Below the pieces are notes generated by a model. The model was not told where the DNA came from, did not search any database, and worked only from the letters and a program-made list of their open reading frames with translations. Source: an uncultured virus (IMG/VR IMGVR_UViG_3300043775_002819) (lineage: Duplodnaviria > Heunggongvirae > Uroviricota > Caudoviricetes). Taken from it: a stretch of 20,000 nt of DNA. The position numbers and the translations under genes are program-made. The stretch's first letter is position 1. The number at the start of each line of letters is the position of its first letter. Positions 1 through 8,688 of this stretch are shown here, piece after piece. The stretch is from IMG/VR virus record IMGVR_UViG_3300043775_002819. One strand, 5' to 3'.

Positions 1-267
1 AGCCCAATAAGGACAAACAACAACATGACCACCTGTAATTTGCATGATTTCGTCTGATATGTGTTCCGCAAACCAAGATGTGATGTTTGCGGCAGGATCG
101 TCGGAGTCAAAGTAAATTTTAAGGAGTGGTTTATCATCATATGTGGATTGCTCAATAAAAGAAACCTCATCAAACAAATCATATATCATTTGTTTAACCA
201 AATTAACTTTATTGTTTTGGTTTTCCTCAACAAGAACATTTTTAATATGTTGTCTAAGTTGATTCAC
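1..267 (-). CDS. Hypothetical protein, 3'-truncated by window edge, with N-terminal 'IKNVLVEE' leader
   Basis: Not in the ORF track. Manual translation from GTG at 267 gives MNQLRQHIKNVLVEENQNNKVNLVKQMIYDLFDEVSF...VCPYWA, open to position 1. It starts 2 nt after the TAA of 270..1139 and has the same leader type as its neighbours. Confidence 0.8.
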   Translation of the reverse strand, partial: MNQLRQHIKNVLVEENQNNKVNLVKQMIYDLFDEVSFIEQSTYDDKPLLKIYFDSDDPAANITSWFAEHISDEIMQITGGHVVVCPYWA

Positions 268-269
268 AA

Positions 270-1139
270 TTACATTACTTGGTTTAAGAATGTTTTAACA
301 GCTCTTACCACATTTTGAGCGTAAGAGTCAAGGTGTCTTTCATAAAAATTGAAGGGTTCAATTACATCATGTTCTATCAACATTTTAATAATTGTCATTC
401 TTTGTTCTTGTTTGTTTTGAAATGTTGATATGGTATATGTTTCTCCGTTAACATCAAAAAATATTGTCTTAAATATTATTGGTTTTTCTTCATCACCAAA
501 ATTTCTTTCCTCCACTTTATATCTTCTTAAAAGAAAGTTTAATATCTTTTGAGTTGGGTCTTCTTCGTTTTCTTGAAGTGTCTTCGATTCGTTCATATTA
601 ATTTTATTGTAATACTCACGATGTAAGTTTTTAATATCATTGTAATTATACCTAATGTCGTGGTCCAAACTTTCCCAGTCTTTTCCATTTACAAAGTCAA
701 TAGAAACATAATACCCATCTTTGTACATGTCTCTTACTTCAGGTTTTATATCAAGTTTACCTATGTTTAAATCAGCAATTGAGGAGTAAATAAATTGCTC
801 CAACAATTTTTTATCACTTTCATTTAAGTTAGAATCATCATAAATCAAATTAAGTATTGGCCAAGAGTTCGTTTCATGTATATTTTTAGCAATACCAACA
901 ACTTCAAATTCAAATGGGAATTCAATTATATCATTTTTGAAATGTCCTAAAAGATCCAACTTTCCTTTGAGTGAATCTATCATGTCCGTAAGATCAGGAA
1001 ATGGTTTCATCATTCTTTTAAGATTATTTATTCCACCAACCATTTCAGCAGCAACAAATATACCCTCATCTTTAATTACATCAAGTATGTTTGAAAGTGC
1101 TGAAGACTCTTTTAAGATATATCTAATTAACTCTCTCAT
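270..1139 (-). CDS. Hypothetical phage protein, 289 aa, MRELIRYILKES leader
   Basis: Long ORF whose start overlaps the upstream gene end. No recognisable domain. Internal acidic linker INMNESKTLQENEED. Confidence 0.85.
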   Translation of the reverse strand: MRELIRYILKESSALSNILDVIKDEGIFVAAEMVGGINNLKRMMKPFPDLTDMIDSLKGKLDLLGHFKNDIIEFPFEFEVVGIAKNIHETNSWPILNLIYDDSNLNESDKKLLEQFIYSSIADLNIGKLDIKPEVRDMYKDGYYVSIDFVNGKDWESLDHDIRYNYNDIKNLHREYYNKINMNESKTLQENEEDPTQKILNFLLRRYKVEERNFGDEEKPIIFKTIFFDVNGETYTISTFQNKQEQRMTIIKMLIEHDVIEPFNFYERHLDSYAQNVVRAVKTFLNQVM

Positions 1140-1600
1140 TTAACAAAAATGTAATTATCAACACCCAAATCTTTAGGTTCATTTTGATTAAAAACAGCCC
1201 GTGATCGTTTCATTTTGAGTTTGTTTGGTATCATTTCCTCATAAAAACTCTCTAAGTCATTTTGTAATATTCTATATTCATCGGTATCAAAGTTTTCATC
1301 TTCCTCATAATTTGTTTGAGAATACGGATATGGGTATTTTTCTCGTGTTTCGATATCCTTTTTCAAAAAATTATACCATTTTGGGTGTGGTTTCAAACCA
1401 TAAAACTCCATCATTTTCGAGTGATCAATTTCAAGGTCGATATATATTTTATAAGTCCATTTATCGGGTGAATCAGAATATTCCCAACCCACAACAAAAG
1501 GATATTGTTTTTTTAACATTATAACGGTAATGTCAATTCCTTTACGAATATCGTCAGGACTTGTTTCTTCTTTTAATATTTGTTTAATTAAATTTCTCAT
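1136..1600 (-). CDS. Hypothetical phage protein, 154 aa, MRNLIKQILKEE leader
   Basis: ORF coupled by overlaps at both ends (TAATG at 1600, ATGA at 1136-1139). Confidence 0.85.
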   Translation of the reverse strand: MRNLIKQILKEETSPDDIRKGIDITVIMLKKQYPFVVGWEYSDSPDKWTYKIYIDLEIDHSKMMEFYGLKPHPKWYNFLKKDIETREKYPYPYSQTNYEEDENFDTDEYRILQNDLESFYEEMIPNKLKMKRSRAVFNQNEPKDLGVDNYIFVK

Positions 1601-2019
1601 TATTCAGTTCTATAATCATCTTGGTGTAAATAAAATTCAATATATAATTCACCATTATTACTTTCCCAATTTACTTTAATAGCAAAAAACATGAGATAAC
1701 TATCACCATCAACTTTATTCAATTTACCGTTTTTTGAAAATTCGTATTTTCCGATAATTTGGTAAATTTGATCTTCAACTTTTTTCATTTGGGTAGATAA
1801 TTCATAAATGTCAGGATCCTCACAATAAGATTTGACTTTAATTGTTGCAGTGATATCTTTATATCTTTCGTAAAAATCAACATCAACAAATTCAATTTCT
1901 TCAATATCATTATTCACATTACTTTGAATAATATACTCAAGTGATTTCATATTTCTGAGAAATCTTTCTTTGAGTCCCCCGTCTTCTTCTTTTAATATTT
2001 TTCTAATTTTTTGTTTCAT
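1600..2019 (-). CDS. Hypothetical acidic phage protein, 139 aa, MKQKIRKILKEE leader
   Basis: ORF in a coupled run, with the shared N-terminal leader. Confidence 0.85.
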   Translation of the reverse strand: MKQKIRKILKEEDGGLKERFLRNMKSLEYIIQSNVNNDIEEIEFVDVDFYERYKDITATIKVKSYCEDPDIYELSTQMKKVEDQIYQIIGKYEFSKNGKLNKVDGDSYLMFFAIKVNWESNNGELYIEFYLHQDDYRTE

Positions 2020-2033
2020 TGTTTGTAATTCAA

Positions 2034-4871
2034 TTAAGCGGTCTTCATTCCGTCGGGATTTTTAATTGCCGCCGCCACTTTATCTTTATTTAACAATTTT
2101 GTGTTTGCCCTTGAATTAATCGCAACATCTATCAACTCTGAGTCAGATTTCCCTTGTTTTACGGCATCGGTTAATTCATTTGCAAACTTTTTGAAGAAAC
2201 CAGGTCCATTCCAACACGCATAAGTCATATGAACCAAAAGCCCTTTGTTTTTCATAATTTTGTCTTTGACTTCTTGGTCTTTAACAAAATTTGACATATT
2301 TCTATCAAATGATCTTTTCATTATTTTAGCGGCCAATTCTTTTAATTCCTCTTCGTTTTCACCACCTCGATATAACCATTTCCATTTTTTACAAAAAGCG
2401 TCCATTCCCAATTCTTCTTTTTGGTTGTCTATAATTTCAAAAAATTGTTTACCCTCAGGGGTGCTTTCTATGTTACCGTTATATCTATCTAACCCGAACA
2501 TAGTTTCTGTTGATGAACCCATACTTCCCTTCGGGTGATTTTTACAAATTCCTAATTTACTTGTGCTCTCATTTTTTGACGTTGATCCGTTCCAATATCC
2601 GCCCTCAAAATTGGCAATCACTTTTTTTGTGATTTCCATAAAATCTGAATCACTTCCTGATGTTTGAGAAACCGTCGCGGTTGATGTCTGTGTTGATTTA
2701 GTATCGTCCTCATCTGATGTTTCTTTGGATCCAAACAACGAACCAATCTTGTTTTTAAGTATTTGACTAAGATTAGACTTCAACGATCCAAAATTTAAAA
2801 TATCACCAACAAGTTGTCCTTGATTTGTTTCTAAAGATTTGTCGTCGGATAAGTTAATAACTGACGGTTCTGTCGTTTTAGAATATAAACCTTCTGATGT
2901 TTCATGTGGTGGATATTTTTCAGGTAAAGTGTATTTAAAGAAATATTGTCTGATTTTTACTCCTGACTTATTATTAAAGTCTAAAACTTGTGTAATGTTT
3001 CTTGCTCCCATTTTTTCTAATTCTTTTTTTAATGGTCCTACTTGACCCAACGCTCTAATATCGGCCCCACCACCTGCAGATCCTCTTGTTGAAACTCCCA
3101 TGTAAGCATTTCCATCTTGACTTTCATCCAAAGTTGCTTCCCACTGAACCGTATAATTTTTAGAGTCTACTGTTATGTTTATATTCACAACGTCGGGATT
3201 GATTCCTGCGTTGTAAATTTCTTTTAACTTTTCTCCAATTTTTGTTGTCATTTTACCCCCAAAACCATCTTTTTTTCTTCTTTCAAATGAGTGAAGAGCA
3301 TCAGCATCCCCTTTGGGTGCTGAATATCCATCTTTAATTATTAATGGTAAACTAATTTTTTGTTCTTTTATTAGGTTTTTTGGGTTCAGAAGAATTGATG
3401 TTGGGCTACTTAATATTTTTTTTTTAGTAATGTATTTTTCTTGTATTTTGGTGGAAGACTTTATTTTTTCTTTTAAAGTTTTTACAAACTCAGCCTGAAT
3501 GTCTTTTAACAAATCAACATAAGATTCTCTAACTCTTTGTTCAGGTTCTTGGAACTTAGAATTAGAGTATAGATAGTTAATACCAGAAATATTTGTAATA
3601 CATTTATGTCCTCCTGAATTAGCCATAATAACATCATAACCATTTACAGAAGCCTTGTTAAATACTTTTCTATCTTCCGCAGGTATTGATTTGAAAAGTT
3701 TTTTTGACATGTAATCAAGATATTTTTCAAGTTTTTCTGTCCCATAAATCTTCAAAGATGGTGAATTTCCATATATTGCTAAAAAGTCTTTAAATGTAAA
3801 TCCAACTGAAGTTTTATCAGAGTCCATTTCTGATATTCTTTTAAGTGTTCCAAATGAAATTCTTTGTTTTTCTAATTCAGGTCTAAACTTTTCTAATACC
3901 TCATTTTTTATTTCACCTAAATCAACACCCTTTAACGCTCTTTCTTTTTTATATGGATTACAAGATGCTTGAACCATTCCCATTGGAAGTCCTGTCACTA
4001 AGAACTCAGCGTCAGGATGATTGATGAATGGTGTGTAACGATCATATCCACCTGATTTTTGCGTTGGTCCTAATGTATATTGTGAAATAATACCATCTTC
4101 ATAAGTAACACCTTTTTCTTTTCTTGATTCAATATAGGACTCTTGGTTTTTTATCAATTGGTCTATTGACGCATAACCTTCTTTTTCCATTATATCTTTT
4201 ATATTTAATAAAATACTCTGAAGTGATGGTTTTGCATCCATAACTAACTTTTTCAAAAACCCAGGTTTGTTTTTAAACGCTAATAATAACTTGTTAGCAA
4301 CAAGTCCCATCATTTTTTTATTTTCTTTAACTCCTTTTGTTTTATCCACTTGGAATAGATATTTCAAAACTTGTTGTGGAGTAATATCATGTTTTGCAAA
4401 ATCTGCTGAGTCAATCATAGAAATTGTTTCGATATCGTCTTGACTAAAAATATCTCTTGGTGAAATTGATTGTGAAATTGTTTCAACATTCGATCTTGAT
4501 GGTTTGAAGTTTGTTGATGTTCCCTGTTCTACACCAGCTTGAGTGTCGTGGTGATCTGTGTGAATTACAAACATCGGTTTACCGTGAGCAAAATCCACTA
4601 AGACTGGCATTATATCACCTTCACCTTCAGGTTTATGAATTGCAAACTCTTTTGATCCATATTGAATAATTTCGGCATCAACAACTTTGATTCCGTTGTT
4701 TTCCAAATAGTTTTTCATTGCCAATGCCGTGGTAACTCCATCTAAATCTTGATGAAAATAGATTTTGGCCATTTGATATCTTTTGGAAAGTTTTTTAATA
4801 TCTCTGATACCACTTTCTTTAAGTAGTTTTTTAGATTCTTCAGTTATTACTTGAATTATTAAATCTCTCAT
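2034..4871 (-). CDS. Multidomain protein: N-terminal DHH-family phosphoesterase, central unknown domain, S/T-rich linker, C-terminal lysozyme-like (GH108-like) domain
   Basis: DHH motifs HQDLDG (aa ~40-45), LVDF, TDHHD (D106-H108) and a distal GGH (aa 420-422). The C-terminal IANFEGGYWN...ETMFGL (E756) resembles the GH108 EGGY...ETxxGI signature. Confidence 0.75.
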   Translation of the reverse strand: MRDLIIQVITEESKKLLKESGIRDIKKLSKRYQMAKIYFHQDLDGVTTALAMKNYLENNGIKVVDAEIIQYGSKEFAIHKPEGEGDIMPVLVDFAHGKPMFVIHTDHHDTQAGVEQGTSTNFKPSRSNVETISQSISPRDIFSQDDIETISMIDSADFAKHDITPQQVLKYLFQVDKTKGVKENKKMMGLVANKLLLAFKNKPGFLKKLVMDAKPSLQSILLNIKDIMEKEGYASIDQLIKNQESYIESRKEKGVTYEDGIISQYTLGPTQKSGGYDRYTPFINHPDAEFLVTGLPMGMVQASCNPYKKERALKGVDLGEIKNEVLEKFRPELEKQRISFGTLKRISEMDSDKTSVGFTFKDFLAIYGNSPSLKIYGTEKLEKYLDYMSKKLFKSIPAEDRKVFNKASVNGYDVIMANSGGHKCITNISGINYLYSNSKFQEPEQRVRESYVDLLKDIQAEFVKTLKEKIKSSTKIQEKYITKKKILSSPTSILLNPKNLIKEQKISLPLIIKDGYSAPKGDADALHSFERRKKDGFGGKMTTKIGEKLKEIYNAGINPDVVNINITVDSKNYTVQWEATLDESQDGNAYMGVSTRGSAGGGADIRALGQVGPLKKELEKMGARNITQVLDFNNKSGVKIRQYFFKYTLPEKYPPHETSEGLYSKTTEPSVINLSDDKSLETNQGQLVGDILNFGSLKSNLSQILKNKIGSLFGSKETSDEDDTKSTQTSTATVSQTSGSDSDFMEITKKVIANFEGGYWNGSTSKNESTSKLGICKNHPKGSMGSSTETMFGLDRYNGNIESTPEGKQFFEIIDNQKEELGMDAFCKKWKWLYRGGENEEELKELAAKIMKRSFDRNMSNFVKDQEVKDKIMKNKGLLVHMTYACWNGPGFFKKFANELTDAVKQGKSDSELIDVAINSRANTKLLNKDKVAAAIKNPDGMKTA

Positions 4872-4876
4872 ATCAT

Positions 4877-4883
4877 ATAAATA
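4877..4883 (-). promoter_or_regulatory. TATTTAT motif 5 nt upstream of ATG 4871 (putative phage-specific promoter)
   Basis: Minus strand reads TATTTAT-ATGAT-ATG. The same motif and spacing occur at 9749-9755, 12682-12688 and 19600-19606. Confidence 0.6.
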
Positions 4884-4932
4884 CTTTAGAAAATTTATTT
4901 ATGAAAAAAGTAATTTATTTCATTTAAAATTG

Positions 4933-4940
4933 TATCTTTG
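4933..4940 (+). promoter_or_regulatory. Bacteroidota-type -7 promoter element TATCTTTG
   Basis: Matches the TAnnTTTG consensus and lies 4 nt upstream of ATG 4945. Same geometry at 9828 and 13067. Confidence 0.65.
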
Positions 4941-4944
4941 TTGT

Positions 4945-5157
4945 ATGAAGATGAACAAAATTACCGACCGCATTTATGAGTTTATTGACTCACGTTTTGA
5001 AGATAGCATGTTTGAGTTTGATGAAGAACCTGATTATGTTGAAATAGTTGAAGAAGAAAAAAGTGTTGATATTTCCGTTTTGGAGTTTTTCTCTATGTTA
5101 AAAATCGGTTTGGATAATCTAACTGTTGAGGAAGCTGAAGAAATTGGTTTATTTTAA
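4945..5157 (+). CDS. Small acidic hypothetical protein (~70 aa)
   Basis: ORF track 4930..5157. Start moved to the in-frame ATG 4945 (MKMNKITDRIYEF...) just after TATCTTTG. Confidence 0.75.
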   Translation: MKMNKITDRIYEFIDSRFEDSMFEFDEEPDYVEIVEEEKSVDISVLEFFSMLKIGLDNLTVEEAEEIGLF

Positions 5158-5167
5158 ATTTGTTTGG

Positions 5168-5452
5168 ATGTATAAGATATTTAAATTTTTTCTCATTTAT
5201 TTATTTGCTAAGGACACTACGACTGCGGCGAAGATTTATAATTTGTTATATAATACAAATTTACCTTCACAAACTCCGAGTGTTAAAAAAGTTTTGAACT
5301 CAAACACAACTTCCGTCAAAGAGGTAAAGCCTACAACTTCTAAAAAACAAGAAATTATGGATTCGCTATCTTATTTGAAATCTAAAAAGATCCAAACTAA
5401 AAAAGATAAAGAGTCTATATATACTTTGGAGATGGTTTTAAAAAATATGTAA
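5168..5452 (+). CDS. Small basic hypothetical protein (~94 aa) with short hydrophobic N-terminus
   Basis: ORF track 5126..5452. The in-frame ATG at 5168 (MYKIFKFFLIYLFAKD...) avoids overlap with the upstream gene. Confidence 0.65.
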   Translation: MYKIFKFFLIYLFAKDTTTAAKIYNLLYNTNLPSQTPSVKKVLNSNTTSVKEVKPTTSKKQEIMDSLSYLKSKKIQTKKDKESIYTLEMVLKNM

Positions 5453-5615
5453 CTATTTAATTAGTAATTTAATAAGCTAGTTTTTTCCCTTTGTTATAAG
5501 TTTTTTTACTCTCAACTTTTATTTTGATTTTTGGTTCATAATTTTTTGGGTAATCTAGGTTCATTTTCCTTCAAGATTTTTCGAATAAGTTTTACAATTA
5601 CATTCAAATACTTTT

Positions 5616-6833
5616 CTACACAAAAACATAAGGGAGTTCATCCCAAGATGTAGTATATTTTTGAGTAATATAGTCTTGTCTCATTTCCCACTCATGAGTT
5701 TCATTCTGTGGTGCTTCAACAACTTGGACCTCATCATTGAATAAAGAGGTTTGAATAATTGTGTCGGGAGTTAGTTCATTAAAAACAATTCCACACTTTT
5801 TATATTTTTCAGATTTATTACAAAGAACTTTGTATTGTTCATGAATCTGAGACCAAATAAGATCGGGATCTCTTGTTGGGGTTTGTAGTTTGATTGTTTT
5901 AGAATGGTGATACTTATCTCCTTTATGATAGTTTCCTGAAACAAATATGGTTGCCTTATTTGCAAACAATTTGTTTTGACTTAGTTTTTTTACACCGTTT
6001 TTAATGTAGGTATACATCGCTTCACCCAATTGATCAAAGTCCTGTACATCTTTTCCAAATGAACGAGTGGAAGCGATATTCTTCTTTGGTTTGGATTTTT
6101 TTTGAATTGGAAAACAATACATCTCTGTTAACTCCAATTGTGTTTTTACACCATTGATATTCATCAACTTTCTAACAGTATATTCGTTTGTGTTAATAAA
6201 CTGACCTACCGATTCAACACCGATGTTTTTTAATTTTTTTGCCCATTTTCTACCAATACCCCAAACTTCATCTACATCAATTCCATAACAAATATTTCTA
6301 AAGTTTGGTAAGTCCCAGTATGAACACACACCATTATAGTTTAGCTGTTGTTTAGCTAAATAAGATGTTAGTTTAGCTAAGGTTTTGTTCGGACCAACAC
6401 CGATAGATACAGGGATTCCAACTTTCTTTCTTACTTCTTCTTTGATTCCCAATAATGTTTCTGTTAGATCTTCAAGAGGAATGTTTGAAAAATCAACAAA
6501 AGCTTCATCAATAGAATACACTTCAATGTCATTTCCAAACTCACCAATCACTTTCATAACCCGATCTGAGATATCACCATACAAGTTATAATTTGATGAA
6601 TAGACGCAAAATCTATGTTGGTCCATGAACTCACGGCTCTTGAAAAATGGTTCACCCATTTTAATTCCAAGATCTTTTGCTTCTTGAGATCTGGCAATCA
6701 CACATCCGTCGTTGTTTGATAATACAACGGTAGGTCTTCCAATTGACTCAGGGTTAAATAACCGTTCACAACTAACATAAAAGTTGTTACAGTCAATAAT
6801 TCCAATCTTTCTTACATTTTCTTTAATATCCAT
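5616..6833 (-). CDS. umuC: Y-family translesion DNA polymerase, UmuC/Pol V catalytic subunit
   Basis: IDCNNFYVSCE, VVLSNNDGCVIARS, SSNYNLYGDIS, YSIDEAF, GVGPNKTLAKL, VWGIG, TRSFG and C-terminal WEMRQ...YTTSWDEL are hallmark UmuC motifs. Start is ATG 6833 or 6848. Confidence 0.95.
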   Translation of the reverse strand: MDIKENVRKIGIIDCNNFYVSCERLFNPESIGRPTVVLSNNDGCVIARSQEAKDLGIKMGEPFFKSREFMDQHRFCVYSSNYNLYGDISDRVMKVIGEFGNDIEVYSIDEAFVDFSNIPLEDLTETLLGIKEEVRKKVGIPVSIGVGPNKTLAKLTSYLAKQQLNYNGVCSYWDLPNFRNICYGIDVDEVWGIGRKWAKKLKNIGVESVGQFINTNEYTVRKLMNINGVKTQLELTEMYCFPIQKKSKPKKNIASTRSFGKDVQDFDQLGEAMYTYIKNGVKKLSQNKLFANKATIFVSGNYHKGDKYHHSKTIKLQTPTRDPDLIWSQIHEQYKVLCNKSEKYKKCGIVFNELTPDTIIQTSLFNDEVQVVEAPQNETHEWEMRQDYITQKYTTSWDELPYVFV

Positions 6834-7129
6834 GTTACTTTTCCCCATAAGTTTTTTTGTCCTTTGTATTCTCTAAGTTTGAAGTGTGTTTTTTCTGTTA
6901 AAACTACCAAATCCCCATCTTTTGGATCCTCAGTTCGGTCAATTACAATTGTATCTCCTTGGTTAATTCCAAACACACTTGGTCCTGAATACTTAAAATA
7001 AAATGTTGTATAATGATCTTTAACAATTAAGTCGTTTAGATCTAACCTTTTATCAACATAGGTTTCTGCTGGTGAAGCAAATCCTGTTGTTGTCGCTTTA
7101 ATTTGAATTGGGTTTTGATGTCTTAACAT
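6812..7129 (-). CDS. umuD: UmuD-like S24-family protein, shortened (105 aa)
   Basis: TGFASPAETYVDKRLDLNDL matches UmuD GFPSPAxDY...IDLN. Also SGPSV, GDTIVID, GDLVV and WGKVT. Lies directly upstream of and overlaps umuC. Confidence 0.85.
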   Translation of the reverse strand: MLRHQNPIQIKATTTGFASPAETYVDKRLDLNDLIVKDHYTTFYFKYSGPSVFGINQGDTIVIDRTEDPKDGDLVVLTEKTHFKLREYKGQKNLWGKVTWILKKM

Positions 7130-7134
7130 ATACT

Positions 7135-7142
7135 AAAATATA
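7135..7142 (-). promoter_or_regulatory. Possible variant -7 element TATATTTT upstream of umuD
   Basis: One mismatch to TAnnTTTG, 5 nt upstream of ATG 7129. The AT-rich context lowers confidence. Confidence 0.35.
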
Positions 7143-7183
7143 GTAAATGTAAATGACATAAAAAAGAAAATATTGAAACTTTT

Positions 7184-7534
7184 TTATTTGTTTTTAACAA
7201 CTTTGAAAAGTGCTTTCTCAATAGAGAAACCGTTGTTAATAAAGTATTTCAAACTATCAACATTACAGTGAGCATAGATTGTTTTTTCTGTATCATGTAT
7301 TTTTGAATCTCTATAGTTCCAAAGTAATTTGTAGATTCCCCTATCTCTATACTCTTCTAAAACATAAGCATGGCACAAATAAATAACTGAATCATGTTCA
7401 ACATAAGAAACAATTCCAACTAACTTGTCTTTGATATAACATCCGTAGTAAGTCGCATATTCATCTAAAAGATCTGGTTTTACTTCCTTGAAGTTTTCAT
7501 AAACTTCTTTATAATTTATTTTAGTTATTTCCAT
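7184..7534 (-). CDS. GNAT-family N-acetyltransferase
   Basis: KLVGIV strand, acetyl-CoA motif A YVLEEYRDRGIYKLL, and C-terminal SLKYFINNGF. Confidence 0.85.
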   Translation of the reverse strand: MEITKINYKEVYENFKEVKPDLLDEYATYYGCYIKDKLVGIVSYVEHDSVIYLCHAYVLEEYRDRGIYKLLWNYRDSKIHDTEKTIYAHCNVDSLKYFINNGFSIEKALFKVVKNK

Positions 7535-7543
7535 ATATCAATT

Positions 7544-8113
7544 TTATTTGATAATAGTAACAAAACCTGAAATAACTTTCAATTCATCAGAGTCTAATAA
7601 GTCAATTTTCATAATCCAAGAGTATGTTCCATCAGGAACAAAACTACCATTATATGTTCCGTCCCAATTTGTATTTGCGTTTTTACTTTGCCAAACAATA
7701 TTTCCCCACCTATTATAAACCGTAAGTTCAAAGTTTTCTAAAGAAATCCCACTTGTTATTACTGGTCCCCACGTTTGATTAAATTCATTATTATCGGGTG
7801 TAAAAGAATTTGGGACCCAATAAATTAAGGGATCACATTTTGTTACACTCACATTATACACAACAGGTGGACCTGGACATCCTAAATCATTATAACCAAC
7901 CGCCACTATTTGATAATCACCAGGTTGACTATATGTAATACTCATATCGTTTCCGTTTCCTAAACTGAAACCATTCAAAAACCATTCAATAGTTCCACTC
8001 ATATCAATTGAAGTTGAATATGTCACGGTATTTGAACTTTCACATATTTCAAATTCTTGTTGTGAAAAACAAGTTAAACTAAAAAATAAAAACAAAAACA
8101 ATAATTGTTTCAT
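7544..8113 (-). CDS. Secreted protein with Ig/PKD-like domain and T9SS type-B (gliding motility-associated, CHU_C-like) C-terminal domain
   Basis: Signal peptide MKQLLFLFLFFSLTCFSQ. C-terminus YWVPNSFTPDNNEFN...LTVYNRWGNIVW...WDGTYNG...PDGTYSW...GFVTIIK matches the type-B CTD pattern PNxFTPNxDGxND...IYNRWG...WDG...GTY. Confidence 0.88.
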   Translation of the reverse strand: MKQLLFLFLFFSLTCFSQQEFEICESSNTVTYSTSIDMSGTIEWFLNGFSLGNGNDMSITYSQPGDYQIVAVGYNDLGCPGPPVVYNVSVTKCDPLIYWVPNSFTPDNNEFNQTWGPVITSGISLENFELTVYNRWGNIVWQSKNANTNWDGTYNGSFVPDGTYSWIMKIDLLDSDELKVISGFVTIIK

Positions 8114-8679
8114 TAGTTATGTGATATTGGTGTTAATGTTGGTAATGGGTTTACAACTACGTTTATTGTTGTTGAAAATGAACATCCTCCGTTTGAATAT
8201 AAATAAGATATTGTGTGTGTTCCTGCTCCCGCAGTTTGAGGACAGAATTGACCATTAACAACACCAGGTCCCGACCAAATCCCACCCGCAGGAGTTCCAA
8301 CTAAAGGAACACATGGATCTGTTGAACAAAATGGTCCAATTTGAGTTATTGTTGGAACAACATTATAAATTAAAACATTTAGGTTAACCGCTGGTGAAAA
8401 ACACCCTTGAGGACTTGTATAAGTAACCGACACACCATTATTGATAAGACCCGCAGGACAATTGGACCAATTGACAAATATTGTATTTGTTCCTTGCCCT
8501 GATTGGATTGTTGCACACGCAGGGATTGTCCAGTTATAGTTTCCATTACCAACTGAAGTAACGGTGTATTGAGAAAGGGTTCCTGATTGAAAACAAATTG
8601 TGTCGGGATTGTTTGTTGTTAATTGACCAAAAAGTGTTGTAGTCAAAAACATGAATAGTAATACAAATAATTTTTTCAT
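8113..8679 (-). CDS. Secreted adhesin-like protein with two PKD/Ig-like beta domains, C-terminal PISHN
   Basis: Signal peptide MKKLFVLLFMFLTTTLFGQ. YNWTIP...IQSGQGTNTIFVNW (PKD-like) and GTPAGGIWSGPGV...FCPQTAGAGTHTISY are segments typical of Bacteroidota surface proteins. Confidence 0.8.
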   Translation of the reverse strand: MKKLFVLLFMFLTTTLFGQLTTNNPDTICFQSGTLSQYTVTSVGNGNYNWTIPACATIQSGQGTNTIFVNWSNCPAGLINNGVSVTYTSPQGCFSPAVNLNVLIYNVVPTITQIGPFCSTDPCVPLVGTPAGGIWSGPGVVNGQFCPQTAGAGTHTISYLYSNGGCSFSTTINVVVNPLPTLTPISHN

Positions 8680-8688
8680 TTTTTTATT

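Noticed and set aside
61..3498. Plus-strand ORFs 61..318, 937..1143, 1225..1524, 2245..2538, 2839..3045 and 3313..3498
   Set aside because: They are antisense shadows of longer, coupled minus-strand genes, mostly with non-ATG starts and no recognisable motifs.
7130..7183. LexA/SOS box or terminator upstream of umuD
   Set aside because: No convincing palindrome or GC-rich hairpin is visible in this AT-rich gap.
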